A DNA stretch of 64,000 bases, from the NCBI GenBank assembly GCA_965116925.1, contig OZ220744.1:64001-128000 (forward strand). Reading direction: 5' to 3'. This DNA is from Candidatus Poribacteria bacterium (GTDB lineage: Bacteria > Poribacteria > WGA-4E > PCPOR2b). The notes under the pieces are model-generated. The model saw nothing but the letters and a program-made list of their open reading frames with translations, ran no database searches and had not been told where the DNA came from. Shown here one piece after another: positions 29,393 to 39,453 of the stretch (position 1 is the stretch's first letter; every line of letters starts with the position of its first letter). The translations under genes were made by a program, and so were the position numbers.

Positions 29393-29599
29393 GAAAGTCC
29401 TCCTTTATAATTTGAATTAGGACTGAACACATAGGTTCTTACCTGCTGTGATGTCGATATTGTAACACGGTTTAGTCGGGGGGACAACGGGATTTTATTT
29501 GACCATCTGGGCAAACTAAGGTAAAATAAAGATGCTCGGTCTTCGCCCATTGATGGGTTGGAGCGAGGCAGTTTTTTTAACACGAGAAAGGAATCTCTC

Positions 29600-30112
29600 A
29601 TGGCAACAAAATCAATAACGATTCGCGAGTACCTTCCACCAGAACACAACTTAGATGTATCAGCTGAAGCACCCGATGACATCGCCTCTTACAAAGTAAT
29701 GGGATTAGCTGATCCCCTGTCAAGTGCGGAGGTACAAATCGCAGTTGATACGTGGCGTCAAATTCAGCGTCAAAAGGCAACGATTCAAATCATTGATATT
29801 GACACTGACCTCATCGCGCTTTCATCAGTTGAGTTACGCCAAATACTGGAACAGCTTATCAGTCAAAACACGATGAAAGTCATTGTAAATCTCAGCAGAA
29901 CGCGCCGAATTGATAGTTCAGGATTAGGCATATTGGTCAGCAAGACAAGTGAATTAAGACAGCGCGGTGGTGACCTCAAAGTTTATGGACTATCGGACAC
30001 GCTAACACGCATTTTCGAGCAGTTGGGTGCAGCAAATCTTGAGAAGTTTATCTACCAAAACGAAAGGGATGCACTCGCAGACTTTGAGTTAAACCGAGAG
30101 ACAGGCGTATAA
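29600..30112 (+). CDS. STAS domain protein (anti-sigma antagonist-like) with N-terminal extension
   Basis: VIVNLS....IDSSGLGILV...GGDLKV. Confidence 0.8.
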   Translation: MATKSITIREYLPPEHNLDVSAEAPDDIASYKVMGLADPLSSAEVQIAVDTWRQIQRQKATIQIIDIDTDLIALSSVELRQILEQLISQNTMKVIVNLSRTRRIDSSGLGILVSKTSELRQRGGDLKVYGLSDTLTRIFEQLGAANLEKFIYQNERDALADFELNRETGV

Positions 30113-30190
30113 CTTGGTTTCGATGGTCATGCTGTTTTTCACCATCGCTTACGAAGCGTATGCAACCTTGTAGGTGTTGAAGATGGTTCT

Positions 30191-30817
30191 ATGGATACCT
30201 CAATCGGGTTGACGCCCACCTTCATTGGATTTTCAGGGGGAAGTGGGTCTGGCAAAACAACGCTCGCCGCAGCGATTCATGAACGACTAGGCAATCATAG
30301 ATCTGTCGTGTTGAGCCTAGACGCCTATTACAAAGATCTCAGTTATCTGTCCCCTGAAGAGCGTGCAGCGGTAAATTTCGATCACCCTGACGCGTTGGAT
30401 GTCCAATTATTAACCGAACAGATACGCCAACTTAGATGTGGGCACGCTGTTGAGGTCCCACGCTACGACTTCACAACACATACACGCTGTCCTGAAACCC
30501 TTACGCTTCAGCCTAAGGCAGTTGTGCTGACCGAAGGAATTCTGCTACTCGCACTTGAATCTATCCGGTCGCTGCTTGATCTAAAAGTATTCGTTGACGC
30601 GCCTGCCGATATCCGTTTCATCCGTCGAATGCTCCGCGACATCCAGGAACGGGGGCGCACAGTGGATTCGTGCATCCAGCAGTATTACGCGACGACTCGC
30701 CCAATGCACTTCGCTTGGGTTGAGCCGAGCAAGGTGTTTGCAGATATGGTTGTTTCGAGTGAAGAGGAGATTGAAACCCTTGCAACACTTCTCGTTGAGC
30801 GTATCGAGAATTTGTAA
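30191..30817 (+). CDS. udk: Uridine kinase
   Basis: GGSGSGKTT, DAYYKD, NFDHPDA, EGIL, RR..RDI.ERGR, VEPSK..AD. Confidence 0.92.
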   Translation: MDTSIGLTPTFIGFSGGSGSGKTTLAAAIHERLGNHRSVVLSLDAYYKDLSYLSPEERAAVNFDHPDALDVQLLTEQIRQLRCGHAVEVPRYDFTTHTRCPETLTLQPKAVVLTEGILLLALESIRSLLDLKVFVDAPADIRFIRRMLRDIQERGRTVDSCIQQYYATTRPMHFAWVEPSKVFADMVVSSEEEIETLATLLVERIENL

Positions 30818-30932
30818 GTGTGCCGACTTCTGTTTGCCAACCAATGCAACGTCTCAGCGTTTATCTGGTAGCGGTTTCTGTTCCCAATGATTTGGTATTT
30901 CACTTATATCCAGAGATTTAGGAGAAAAATCC

Positions 30933-31808
30933 ATGGACAGCAATAAATGTGTCATGTCCGACGAAGAAAAATATTATTTTGATCTCACAGGCTATCTTGT
31001 CGTTCGCGGTGCGTTGACGCCAGAAGATATTGACAAATGTAATGCAGCTATTGATCACTATGCCGACAAGATTCGTGCCCGTTCAGTTGATGATGGCGGA
31101 CTAGCACGCGGGTCATCAACGCTTGAAGGGCAAACAGGGCGGTTAGAACTGACGGGGATGTTGGGATGGGAGAAACCCTATCGAGAACCGTTTCGCGAAC
31201 TCCTAGTCCATCCGGTGGTCGTCTCGCGCCTAAACGGGATGTGTGGAAAAGGATTCCGTCTCGACCATGGACCCTTAATGATTGGGGCAACAGCTGGAAC
31301 GGAAGGGCATCAATTACATGGAGCGGGAGAACCCTTCAGCCCGGCGGTTTGGTATCATCAGCAGAATGGAGCTATTTACTGTCGAGGCGTTACTGTGGCA
31401 TGGCAACTCACCGATGTCAATGAAGGTGATGGCGGATTTGCCGTTGTGCCCGGCAGCCACAAAGCCTGCGAACCTACACCTGAAGGCGTTCGGTCTGTGG
31501 AAGACGACATGGGATTGACTGTTCAGCCGGCGATGAAGGCAGGAGACGTCCTCTTCTTTGCAGAGACCGCCACCCACGGTACACTTCCCTGGAAAGGTAA
31601 GGGGGAACGGCGTTCCATCCTTTTCAAATACGCTTCCCGCGGTGTCGCCCGTGCGGTGGGACGATTCTTTACACCTGAAGCACGCTTCGGCGAGTGGACG
31701 AAATCCCTCTCGCCTGAACAACATGCTCTGCTTTACGGTCCAGGTGTTCACACAGGAGGTCTGCCCACTCTTAAATCCGATGGAAAGAAAACTTGGGTGG
31801 CGGAGTAA
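30933..31808 (+). CDS. PhyH-like dioxygenase, LHGA variant
   Basis: YFDLTGYLVV, FRLDHG, LHGAG, GGFAVVPGSHK, AGDVLFFAETATHG. Confidence 0.8.
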   Translation: MDSNKCVMSDEEKYYFDLTGYLVVRGALTPEDIDKCNAAIDHYADKIRARSVDDGGLARGSSTLEGQTGRLELTGMLGWEKPYREPFRELLVHPVVVSRLNGMCGKGFRLDHGPLMIGATAGTEGHQLHGAGEPFSPAVWYHQQNGAIYCRGVTVAWQLTDVNEGDGGFAVVPGSHKACEPTPEGVRSVEDDMGLTVQPAMKAGDVLFFAETATHGTLPWKGKGERRSILFKYASRGVARAVGRFFTPEARFGEWTKSLSPEQHALLYGPGVHTGGLPTLKSDGKKTWVAE

Positions 31809-31865
31809 CACCGAGCCAACATTAACTGTCGTACCGATACAACTTGCGAAACGGAGATATGCAAA

Positions 31866-32726
31866 ATGGACAAACGTGAACGCTACTTCTGGGATCTCAC
31901 CGGATACCTTATCCTTAGAAATGTGCTGACCGCTGATGAAATTGCAGCAGCCAATGAGGCTATCGACCACTGTGCCGACCAAATTCACGTTGGACAACCC
32001 AACGCGGGTGCTCAAGATTCTCAAACCTTGCGGGGCACTGAACAACGTGTTTTGCACGGCCTACTAGAACTGAACGAGCCATATTGTGAACCTTTCCGCA
32101 AGATGCTGGTACATCCGCAAATCATCATGCGCCTCAATGTGATGTGTGGGACGGGGTTCCGATTCGATCACGGCCCTTGGGTGACCGACAGTGTGCAAGG
32201 CACCGAAGGACTGGTCATGCACGGACAAGGAGAACCACATAGACCCTACGTCGCTTATCATCACCAGAACAACAAAATGCACTGTGGGGGAGTGACTGTG
32301 ACTTGGCAACTGTCTGATATCAACGCAGGCGAAGGTGGGTTCGCCTGTGTGCCCGGCAGCCACAAATCTAGATTTCCCATGCCTCACGGTGTGCGAACCT
32401 GTGATGACGATATGGGCGTGGTGCTTCAACCGGAGATGAAAGCGGGAGACGTGATTTTCTTCATGGATGGTGCCCAATCCCACGGCACCCTCGCTTGGCG
32501 TGCTGAACATCACCGGCGATCGGTGCTCTTCAAATATGCTGACCGGACCTCCGTGCGTACAGGTGTGGCAAGAGAAATCGCTCCGCCAGAAATCTATTGG
32601 GGAGAAGAACTTGTTGAGGACATGACAGAGACACAGCGTGCTGTCATGTACGGACCTTGTTCATCACTGGGGACCACCAAGCTAACGGTGGACGGAGATG
32701 GCACGGTTCGCGTTGAAAATGACTAG
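31866..32726 (+). CDS. PhyH-like dioxygenase, MHGQ variant
   Basis: WDLTGYLIL, FRFDHG, MHGQG, GGFACVPGSHK, AGDVIFF..GAQSHG. Confidence 0.8.
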   Translation: MDKRERYFWDLTGYLILRNVLTADEIAAANEAIDHCADQIHVGQPNAGAQDSQTLRGTEQRVLHGLLELNEPYCEPFRKMLVHPQIIMRLNVMCGTGFRFDHGPWVTDSVQGTEGLVMHGQGEPHRPYVAYHHQNNKMHCGGVTVTWQLSDINAGEGGFACVPGSHKSRFPMPHGVRTCDDDMGVVLQPEMKAGDVIFFMDGAQSHGTLAWRAEHHRRSVLFKYADRTSVRTGVAREIAPPEIYWGEELVEDMTETQRAVMYGPCSSLGTTKLTVDGDGTVRVEND

Positions 32727-32811
32727 ATGTTTTGAAGTAAAAACTTTGCATCTGTTACAAAAGATAGGAGGGATAACGTCTAATATACCTGTTTCGCTCA
32801 TGTTAAGATTT

Positions 32812-32861
32812 AGCGCAAAGAGCCCGAGTTTTTTTTTGCAAACTCGGTTTTTCTTCGCGCT
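32812..32861. terminator. Hairpin downstream of the PhyH pair (possible terminator)
   Basis: CCGAGTTT/AAACTCGG stem within an outer AGCGC/GCGCT IR, T-rich 3' side. Confidence 0.45.
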
Positions 32862-32990
32862 TTGCACTTTCTTTTTATATGAGCCACCTGTTTTTGAAAC
32901 GGTTTTCTCTGGCTAAGCGTTTAGTCTTATTGAGAACTTTTTGTGTACCCGTATCGTGCCAATTGGTGTTAAAGGCTGACAAAAGCCAAT

Positions 32991-33076
32991 TATAGTGAAT
33001 TCTAAAAATAAATAGACACTTTCGCACCCTGGTAGGTGCGGTTTGGAGTGTCTCATTAATTCTAAAGTCCACTATA
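32991..33076. repeat. MITE with TATAGT/ACTATA terminal inverted repeats (short copy)
   Basis: TATAGTGAATTCTAAAAATAAATAGACAC...GTGTCTCATTAATTCTAAAGTCCACTATA; homologous ends at 47555..47764. Confidence 0.8.
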
Positions 33077-33104
33077 AACACCAATTTAACGCCAGGAGAG
33101 AACG

Positions 33105-33386
33105 ATGTCTCTGACACGAGCAATAATATCTTGCTACGGCGCAATCAACCCATTAGTGGGGCTTTCGTCAACAGCCCTGCGTCTATATGGCGCGCTAGAG
33201 GTGTTTAGAGATACCTACCAATCCCCAATGAAGGATGGATGGTTCCGGGCACCTCAGCTCGATAAACGGCTACAACAAATTAGCTTATCCAAGTGGGAAA
33301 TTGAGAAGGGATTCACAGAACTGATAGACGCCGGATTGCTACAGATACGGACCGAACGCAACACTCGGTGGTTTCAACTTAAATGA
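33105..33386 (+). CDS. Small hypothetical protein, possible winged-helix fold, coupled to maf
   Basis: AGGAG RBS; LSSTALRLY...LSK.EIEKG..ELIDAGLL; ATGA overlap with maf. Confidence 0.6.
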   Translation: MSLTRAIISCYGAINPLVGLSSTALRLYGALEVFRDTYQSPMKDGWFRAPQLDKRLQQISLSKWEIEKGFTELIDAGLLQIRTERNTRWFQLK

Positions 33387-33991
33387 TTGAAAGCCCCCAA
33401 TTATACAACACCCTCCCCAATATTGTCCTCGCCTCAAAATCACCACGCCGCGCAGATTTGCTCAAGCAGGTTGGTCTTGAATTTAAAGTATACCCCAGTG
33501 AAATAGAAGAACCTCAAATCACAACATCTCCAGCAGATGCTGTCCAAGAACTTGCCCTTACAAAAGCAAGAACGGTCGCTGCCAAGTTCGATGCAGGTAT
33601 AGTTCTCGGTGCAGATACCGTTGTTGTCATTGATGGTCAGCCAATCGGTAAACCGGAAAATGATGCACACGCTGTCGAAATCCTAACACAACTCAGCGGA
33701 AACCGACATGAAGTGATCACCGGTGTTGCATTAATTGATATCAAGCGGAAAAACGAAGTGGTATGGGCAGAAAAAACGACGGTCTATTTTAGGACACTAC
33801 ACCAATCGGAGATCTTCGCGTATATCCGTAGTGGCGAAGCGTCAGATAAGGCTGGTGCTTACGGGATACAAGGCAAAGCTGGTGCTTTCGTTGAGCGAAT
33901 CGAGGGATGTTACTTCAACGTGGTGGGTCTTCCGTTAGCGAGTCTAACTGTGCAGCTTCAGCAACTACTTGAGAACAACCCAAAACAGTAA
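33383..33991 (+). CDS. maf: Maf family nucleoside triphosphate pyrophosphatase
   Basis: LASKSPRR, GADTVV, GKP, DKAGAYGIQG, G.YFNVVGLP. Confidence 0.92.
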   Translation: MIESPQLYNTLPNIVLASKSPRRADLLKQVGLEFKVYPSEIEEPQITTSPADAVQELALTKARTVAAKFDAGIVLGADTVVVIDGQPIGKPENDAHAVEILTQLSGNRHEVITGVALIDIKRKNEVVWAEKTTVYFRTLHQSEIFAYIRSGEASDKAGAYGIQGKAGAFVERIEGCYFNVVGLPLASLTVQLQQLLENNPKQ

Positions 33992-34150
33992 AAAAGAGTT
34001 GACTGCTGATACGTTGTTTTTAACCAAAATCCTTGTGTTGGTAAGTGATGAATCGAAAAGGCAATTCCAATCTTTAGAAAGACCGTAGTGGCTCATACCG
34101 TTCTGAGCTTTTGATAGAGTTTGACGATGGATTCTAATGGTTCCCCGAAC

Positions 34151-34813
34151 ATGAAAATTCTTGGTGTCGATACATCAACGCCCATCGGCAGCGTCGGTCT
34201 GATTGATGGAGAACGTTTCATTGCTGAACACACACTCAGCATTGTGAAAGCCCATTCATCTAGGCTGATGCCCGCTATAGACCAAATCTTAAAGTGGGGC
34301 GATCTGACTGTACACGATCTTGACGCATGTGCTGTTGGGATCGGTCCGGGGTCATTTACAGGCATCCGAATTGGGGTCGGCACAATTAAATCGCTCTGTT
34401 ACGCCCTCAAGAAACCGATCATCGGTATCTCAACGCTGGAAGCAATCGCATACAATCTCCGCTACACAGACAAACTAATCTGCCCAATCCTCGACGCACG
34501 AAAAGATGAAGTATACGGTGCAGTCTTTCGTGGAGGGCAAAATCTCCTGCGAAAGTCTGACGATCTTTGTGTGCCGATTGAGTCGTTGTTGAGTCAGATT
34601 GATGACGATGTGATTTTTGTTGGTGATGGTCTGCGGCGATACGCCCCCGTTGCTCAGGCGCAATTCGGCGAAGATGTGCCTCTTGCTGATCCGATTTTTA
34701 ACGTGCCGCGCGGCGCGAGTATCGCACGAATCGGCTATGACCGATTGCGTAATGGACAATCTAGCGATTACTTCTCACTGACGCCCAACTATGTTCGCGA
34801 CAGTGTCACATAA
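34151..34813 (+). CDS. tsaB: tRNA t6A biosynthesis protein TsaB
   Basis: MKILGVDTST, HS..LMPAI, GPGSFTGIRIG, DARKDEVY, P.YVR. Confidence 0.92.
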   Translation: MKILGVDTSTPIGSVGLIDGERFIAEHTLSIVKAHSSRLMPAIDQILKWGDLTVHDLDACAVGIGPGSFTGIRIGVGTIKSLCYALKKPIIGISTLEAIAYNLRYTDKLICPILDARKDEVYGAVFRGGQNLLRKSDDLCVPIESLLSQIDDDVIFVGDGLRRYAPVAQAQFGEDVPLADPIFNVPRGASIARIGYDRLRNGQSSDYFSLTPNYVRDSVT

Positions 34814-34851
34814 ATCACGCTCAAAGCATCATTGTCGTCCATTAATTGAAT

Positions 34852-35817
34852 ATGCCGAAAGTCAGATTCTTTACTTTTTTATCCCCAGAAATAACACCCC
34901 TGCTGACCCAATATGCCCCACCGGGTTTTGAGGTCAGCGTACACGCAACTGATCTGCCAGATGAGGAGAAAATCCCTCTCGTGCAGGATGCGGACTTTCT
35001 GATCCTATTCCCCGGCCAAATCTCAGAACGGGTGCTACGATCCGCTCCCCACCTCAAACTAATTCAATTAGTCGCCGCGGGCTATGATAGCATGGATGTG
35101 AACCTGTGCCGAGAACTTGGCATTCCTGTTGCCAACAATGGGGGGGCGAATTCCATTGATGTCGCAGAGCATACTATCGGGCTCATACTGGGCTTTTATC
35201 GCCGTCTGATAGAGTTAGATCGCAATGTTCGGACAGACCAGTGGCGTGATATTGACACCGGATCTTCAACATATACCATCAACGGAAAGACCGTCGGAAT
35301 TGTAGGGCTTGGAAATATCGGAAGGCGTGTCGCTCATCTGTTGCGTGCCTTTGGAGCGCGCATCCTCTACTATGATCAGTATCCACCTATTCAGGACATA
35401 GAGTCGGAGCTTGGCGTAACTCGCACGGCATTGGAGGACCTGCTTCGAGAGTCAGACATTGTGACGGTGCATCTGCCTCTTACACCCGAAACCCGTGGCA
35501 TTATTGGCAGACATGAACTTTCTTTGTTGAAGTCCACAGCCGTACTCGTCAATACGTGTCGAGGTCCCATCGTGGACGAAGTCACTTTGACAGAAGTGCT
35601 AAGTGAACGACGCATCCTTGGAGCCGCCCTTGATGTCCTAGAGCAAGAACCACCGTCCCCAGACAATCCCCTTCTGAAGTTGGACAATGTGCTGCTCACG
35701 CCGCATGTCGCGGGTGTAACCTACGATACGTGGACGCGAAGGGGAGAATTTGTGTTCCAGAATCTTCAGCGGGTATGGGAAGGAGAGCCACCGCTAGCAG
35801 TCGTGCGGGAAAACTAA
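34852..35817 (+). CDS. D-isomer-specific 2-hydroxyacid dehydrogenase
   Basis: VAEH, GIVGLGNIG, NTCRG.IVDE, AALDV...EP, TPHVAG. Confidence 0.9.
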   Translation: MPKVRFFTFLSPEITPLLTQYAPPGFEVSVHATDLPDEEKIPLVQDADFLILFPGQISERVLRSAPHLKLIQLVAAGYDSMDVNLCRELGIPVANNGGANSIDVAEHTIGLILGFYRRLIELDRNVRTDQWRDIDTGSSTYTINGKTVGIVGLGNIGRRVAHLLRAFGARILYYDQYPPIQDIESELGVTRTALEDLLRESDIVTVHLPLTPETRGIIGRHELSLLKSTAVLVNTCRGPIVDEVTLTEVLSERRILGAALDVLEQEPPSPDNPLLKLDNVLLTPHVAGVTYDTWTRRGEFVFQNLQRVWEGEPPLAVVREN

Positions 35818-35922
35818 TGATGGCAAGCAAATCCTACAATGTTTTCCTAACACTATGAGGGCACGAGCAGCTATCAGTTGGGCTAGCGTATTAAAGAAAC
35901 AAATCCATCATCAGGAGTTGAT

Positions 35923-37314
35923 ATGAGCACAAAAAATCCATATTTGCAAATAGATCAACAGATGGTTGGTAACATTTACACATCGCGGGAGGTGATGGAC
36001 AACCTCACCGTGTTGTGCGACGACTTCGGATCCCGGTTCGCAGGTACGCCAGACGAGCGCAGGGCTGCAGACTTCATCTGCGAGACTTTTAACCGTTACG
36101 GTCTCAAAGACGCTCGATTGGAGTCCTATTCCTACGCAGGTTGGTCACGAGGCGCGGCAACGTTGGAAATTATCGAGCCGATCCAAAGATCACTTCACTG
36201 CATCTCACTACCCTACTGTCCCGCTGACGACACTACGGCGGAATTAATCTCTGTCGGCTATGGCAGTCCCGCAGATTACGAGGCCCTAGGTGATGAGATG
36301 AAGGACCGTATCGTAATGGCGGGCAGCGCATCTCCCCCTGACCTGGGACGATGGGTGCATCGCAAGGAAAAATATGAACGTTCCGTTTTGGGCGGTGCGA
36401 GTGCCTTTATTTTTATCAGCGAAAGCCCCGGCGTCGGACCCGAAACAGGGAGCCTACAAAACGACCAACCTGCTCCTATTCCGGGTATCTCGATATGCAA
36501 GGAGGATGGCGAATTTCTGACGCGGCTGATGGAGCGGAAGGGGACAGTTAAACTACGCCTTCACACAACCGACCTCAATGAGCCCCGAACCTCGTGGAAC
36601 GTCGTCGCCGATCTGCCGGGAAAGGAAAATCCCGATGAGATGGTGATTTTGGGGTGTCATTACGATGGGCACGACATCTCGCAGGGTGCCGTTGATCCGG
36701 CGTCAGGTATGGTACTCGTCATCGAAGCCGCACGGGTGCTCGCTCTGTATGCCGGTGAACAACTCAAGCGAACGGTTCGATTCCTCGGCTTCGGCACCGA
36801 GGAAATTGGGTTAACCGGTGCCTTTCGCTATGCAGACGCCCATGAGGGCGAACTAGATAGCGTTCGTTTCATGTATAATCTTGATGCAGCAGGCGGTTCG
36901 AGCCGAAAAGGTGTGGTGCTGCATCGTTGGCAAGACTTAGCACCGTTCTTCCGAAATGCCGCAAAGGAACTTGCAGCTGACATTCCTGTCGGTCAGCATA
37001 TGCATCCCTATTCTGATCACTTCCCCTTCGTCCTAAAAGGTGTTCCAACAGGCCACATGGGTGACCCCGACGCCCCGCCTTCGGGCAGAGGTTATGGGCA
37101 TACGGCGTACGATACGCTAGACAAAGTGGAGCTGGAAAATCTGCGAAAAGGAAGTTCGGCGGCGGCCCGACTGGCATTGCGAATAGCCAACGCTGATCAT
37201 TTTCCCGCCCAACGCCGGAATGATGAAGCCGTTCAGGCACTCATCGACACGGATCCGGGCTTGGAAGGATACCGTGTATCGCTGGAGTTGAGGAGGGAAC
37301 CTCAACCAGCGTAG
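35923..37314 (+). CDS. M28 family peptidase with PA domain
   Basis: GCHYDGH, GAVDPASG, EEIGL.G, NLD, SDHFPF, HTAYDT.DK. Confidence 0.88.
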   Translation: MSTKNPYLQIDQQMVGNIYTSREVMDNLTVLCDDFGSRFAGTPDERRAADFICETFNRYGLKDARLESYSYAGWSRGAATLEIIEPIQRSLHCISLPYCPADDTTAELISVGYGSPADYEALGDEMKDRIVMAGSASPPDLGRWVHRKEKYERSVLGGASAFIFISESPGVGPETGSLQNDQPAPIPGISICKEDGEFLTRLMERKGTVKLRLHTTDLNEPRTSWNVVADLPGKENPDEMVILGCHYDGHDISQGAVDPASGMVLVIEAARVLALYAGEQLKRTVRFLGFGTEEIGLTGAFRYADAHEGELDSVRFMYNLDAAGGSSRKGVVLHRWQDLAPFFRNAAKELAADIPVGQHMHPYSDHFPFVLKGVPTGHMGDPDAPPSGRGYGHTAYDTLDKVELENLRKGSSAAARLALRIANADHFPAQRRNDEAVQALIDTDPGLEGYRVSLELRREPQPA

Positions 37315-37399
37315 AGAAAAAATTACCAGCAAAAATGGATTGCTCCGTGCTTTCCTGCTTCTGATTAGATTTTTTTGGGAATGAGGAATTGCACACCTA

Positions 37400-39310
37400 T
37401 CAGGGATGCCAAAAATTATATAGTTCAGGCCAATTGAGACAAAGACCAAGAATTGTCCAGATGCCAGTCACTGTAAATTCCCCTAGTATCAATCCGAGGA
37501 ACAAGGGAGCAATTTGCCTATATCGCATAATTCCCCCATATCGTAGAATAAACCACTTCAAGATCCAAGCCACCAGCAAACAGGTCCACAAAAAGCTCAT
37601 CCCAAAACTTCCCCCCAGCGCATAGCCCATCGGATGGAGGGGCCACCAAACAAATCGTGCTCTCATAAACGCCAAAAAGGACGCGACCACAGCCCCCAAC
37701 CCCATCAGAGCCATGTGAATATAATCCACTTCTGTCGGATTGCGTAACCAGTCTTGTAGGTAAAACCAGACCTCTGCTCCCCAGCGTGGATAAGGTGTAT
37801 TCTCAAGACCGTAGCGATAACTGAGGTGGAGTAGGAGCCAGAAAATTACTACGATTCCAAAAGCGCACGCCAACAGCATTGACCAGAAAGCCCTTTTAGG
37901 ACTCATTCGACTTCTTGAGGCAATCTTAAACCCTTCCAATTGATGCGGCATGATGTGGCTCAGGTAGATACGACTGATATGCCAGAAGAACGGCATGGCG
38001 ACAAGCGTCCGTTGCGACAAATTCGCAGTCCCGAACGCAGAGGTAATCATCTGAATCGGACCCCCAAAGTGAACATCGTGGAGTGGGAAGCCAAATTCAG
38101 CGCGAAGTCGAGTGATGCATGTTGAGATGTAATAATAAAAAAGGACAAAGCCTATTGCCACGCCCATTGTCATGCCAGCCTTATAACAGAATAACATAAG
38201 AATGATCATCCCGCAGATCATTCCACACCATGCCGTTACATATGACATTGGGGCCTCCTCGATCTCCCGCTCTCTATTTCCGATAACAGATTGCTGTCGG
38301 ACTCGCACCATGTGTCGCGCTGCCCGCCAAATCGCAATCGCTAAAACAGCACAGTATGCCCCAACCGATTCTTGCACGATATAGACATGCCGACCATAGC
38401 CCGGATATGTATGCCAACCTGCGAAAGCACCCACAACCCGCATCGCTTGCCAATAAAGATAGAAGAACCAACACGAAAACAGGACATCAAGAGGCATGAA
38501 GAAACTTAACCCAATAATCGAAGGGATAAATGAGACTCGCATTGCCCAGAGCGCGTTCCACGGTTCCTCTGTAAAGATGTAGCCGATATGTCTAAATTGG
38601 ACAAATGTTAATCCCGGGAAACTCGGATACAAGAAATGGAGTCCATTTACGATATTAATCCCCGCAGTAATAGCAAATCCAATCCACATCATTCGACTAT
38701 ATCCACCCAACTGGACTAGAGTCAGCGGAATCTCAGCGATCGGATAAGCGAGTTTCTCGTGTTCAATCCACTGCCTGCGGACGATAATATTAATGCACAA
38801 CATGACAAAGACGAGGACAAGGGTAAAAAATGACCACCAGAGCAGTGGAGGTAGCCATGCTGCCAAATGGCGGGCTGTATATAAGTTGGCTTCGCCGCGA
38901 TAATACCCTATCAGAACGGACGGTTCGTTAACAATAAGCCATTGGGGAAGGTCTTTGTGGAACAGTTGTCGCCAATCATTTTCTGGCGTCGCTCCCCAAA
39001 AGGGATAGGTGATGACATGGGGTATGACTGTCAACTGGGCGGTATAGGAGCAGAGTGATGACACCATGTTGACCATGATATAAATGGTCAATAGCTCCCT
39101 GTTGTCAAAGGCGAGTTTCGGCGTAAATCGGCGCAGCAGTCGATTCAATAAAAAGAGCACCCAGAGCGTAAAGACTGCATTAAAAAACAAAGAAAAAAAC
39201 GTCGCGCCAAAAGCTCTCCGGAGGCTCTCCATCTGTATGAGCCAGTAACAATTCATGACGATGAGCACACACCCGACCATCCATGCCCGTGCGATGGATT
39301 GCATTTTCAA
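37400..39310 (-). CDS. Multi-pass membrane protein, DUF6785/DUF6784-like (possible peptide transporter)
   Basis: ELLTIY, W..PLLWW, RRQW.EHEKL.YPI, RAE.G, WWPLHP.GY, KW.ILRYGG, FLGLILGE. Confidence 0.7.
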   Translation of the reverse strand: MKMQSIARAWMVGCVLIVMNCYWLIQMESLRRAFGATFFSLFFNAVFTLWVLFLLNRLLRRFTPKLAFDNRELLTIYIMVNMVSSLCSYTAQLTVIPHVITYPFWGATPENDWRQLFHKDLPQWLIVNEPSVLIGYYRGEANLYTARHLAAWLPPLLWWSFFTLVLVFVMLCINIIVRRQWIEHEKLAYPIAEIPLTLVQLGGYSRMMWIGFAITAGINIVNGLHFLYPSFPGLTFVQFRHIGYIFTEEPWNALWAMRVSFIPSIIGLSFFMPLDVLFSCWFFYLYWQAMRVVGAFAGWHTYPGYGRHVYIVQESVGAYCAVLAIAIWRAARHMVRVRQQSVIGNREREIEEAPMSYVTAWCGMICGMIILMLFCYKAGMTMGVAIGFVLFYYYISTCITRLRAEFGFPLHDVHFGGPIQMITSAFGTANLSQRTLVAMPFFWHISRIYLSHIMPHQLEGFKIASRSRMSPKRAFWSMLLACAFGIVVIFWLLLHLSYRYGLENTPYPRWGAEVWFYLQDWLRNPTEVDYIHMALMGLGAVVASFLAFMRARFVWWPLHPMGYALGGSFGMSFLWTCLLVAWILKWFILRYGGIMRYRQIAPLFLGLILGEFTVTGIWTILGLCLNWPELYNFWHP

Positions 39311-39453
39311 AGCCCTCGTATATTAACGTGAATCTGGTAAGGATGTAGACGGTGCTTGGTGTCATGCGGCTGGAAGCGGCGGGTGCCACTACACCACGGC
39401 TCTAAGTCCTGAACCTGTCAAGGCTCGAATGCCTCAAGTTATTGCCTAACATT

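Noticed and set aside
31314..32057. 247-aa antisense ORF and other long shadow ORFs
   Set aside because: They lie opposite well-supported genes and show no recognisable motifs or RBS.
32947..32963. sigma54 promoter (TTGGCACG on the minus strand)
   Set aside because: No GC at -12 and no gene starting downstream in that direction.
39344..39440. Possible SRP RNA (GAACCTGTCA...) upstream of the membrane protein gene
   Set aside because: Lacks the conserved CAGG..GNRA..AGCAG domain IV; better explained as GTAG/CTAC REP-like repeats.
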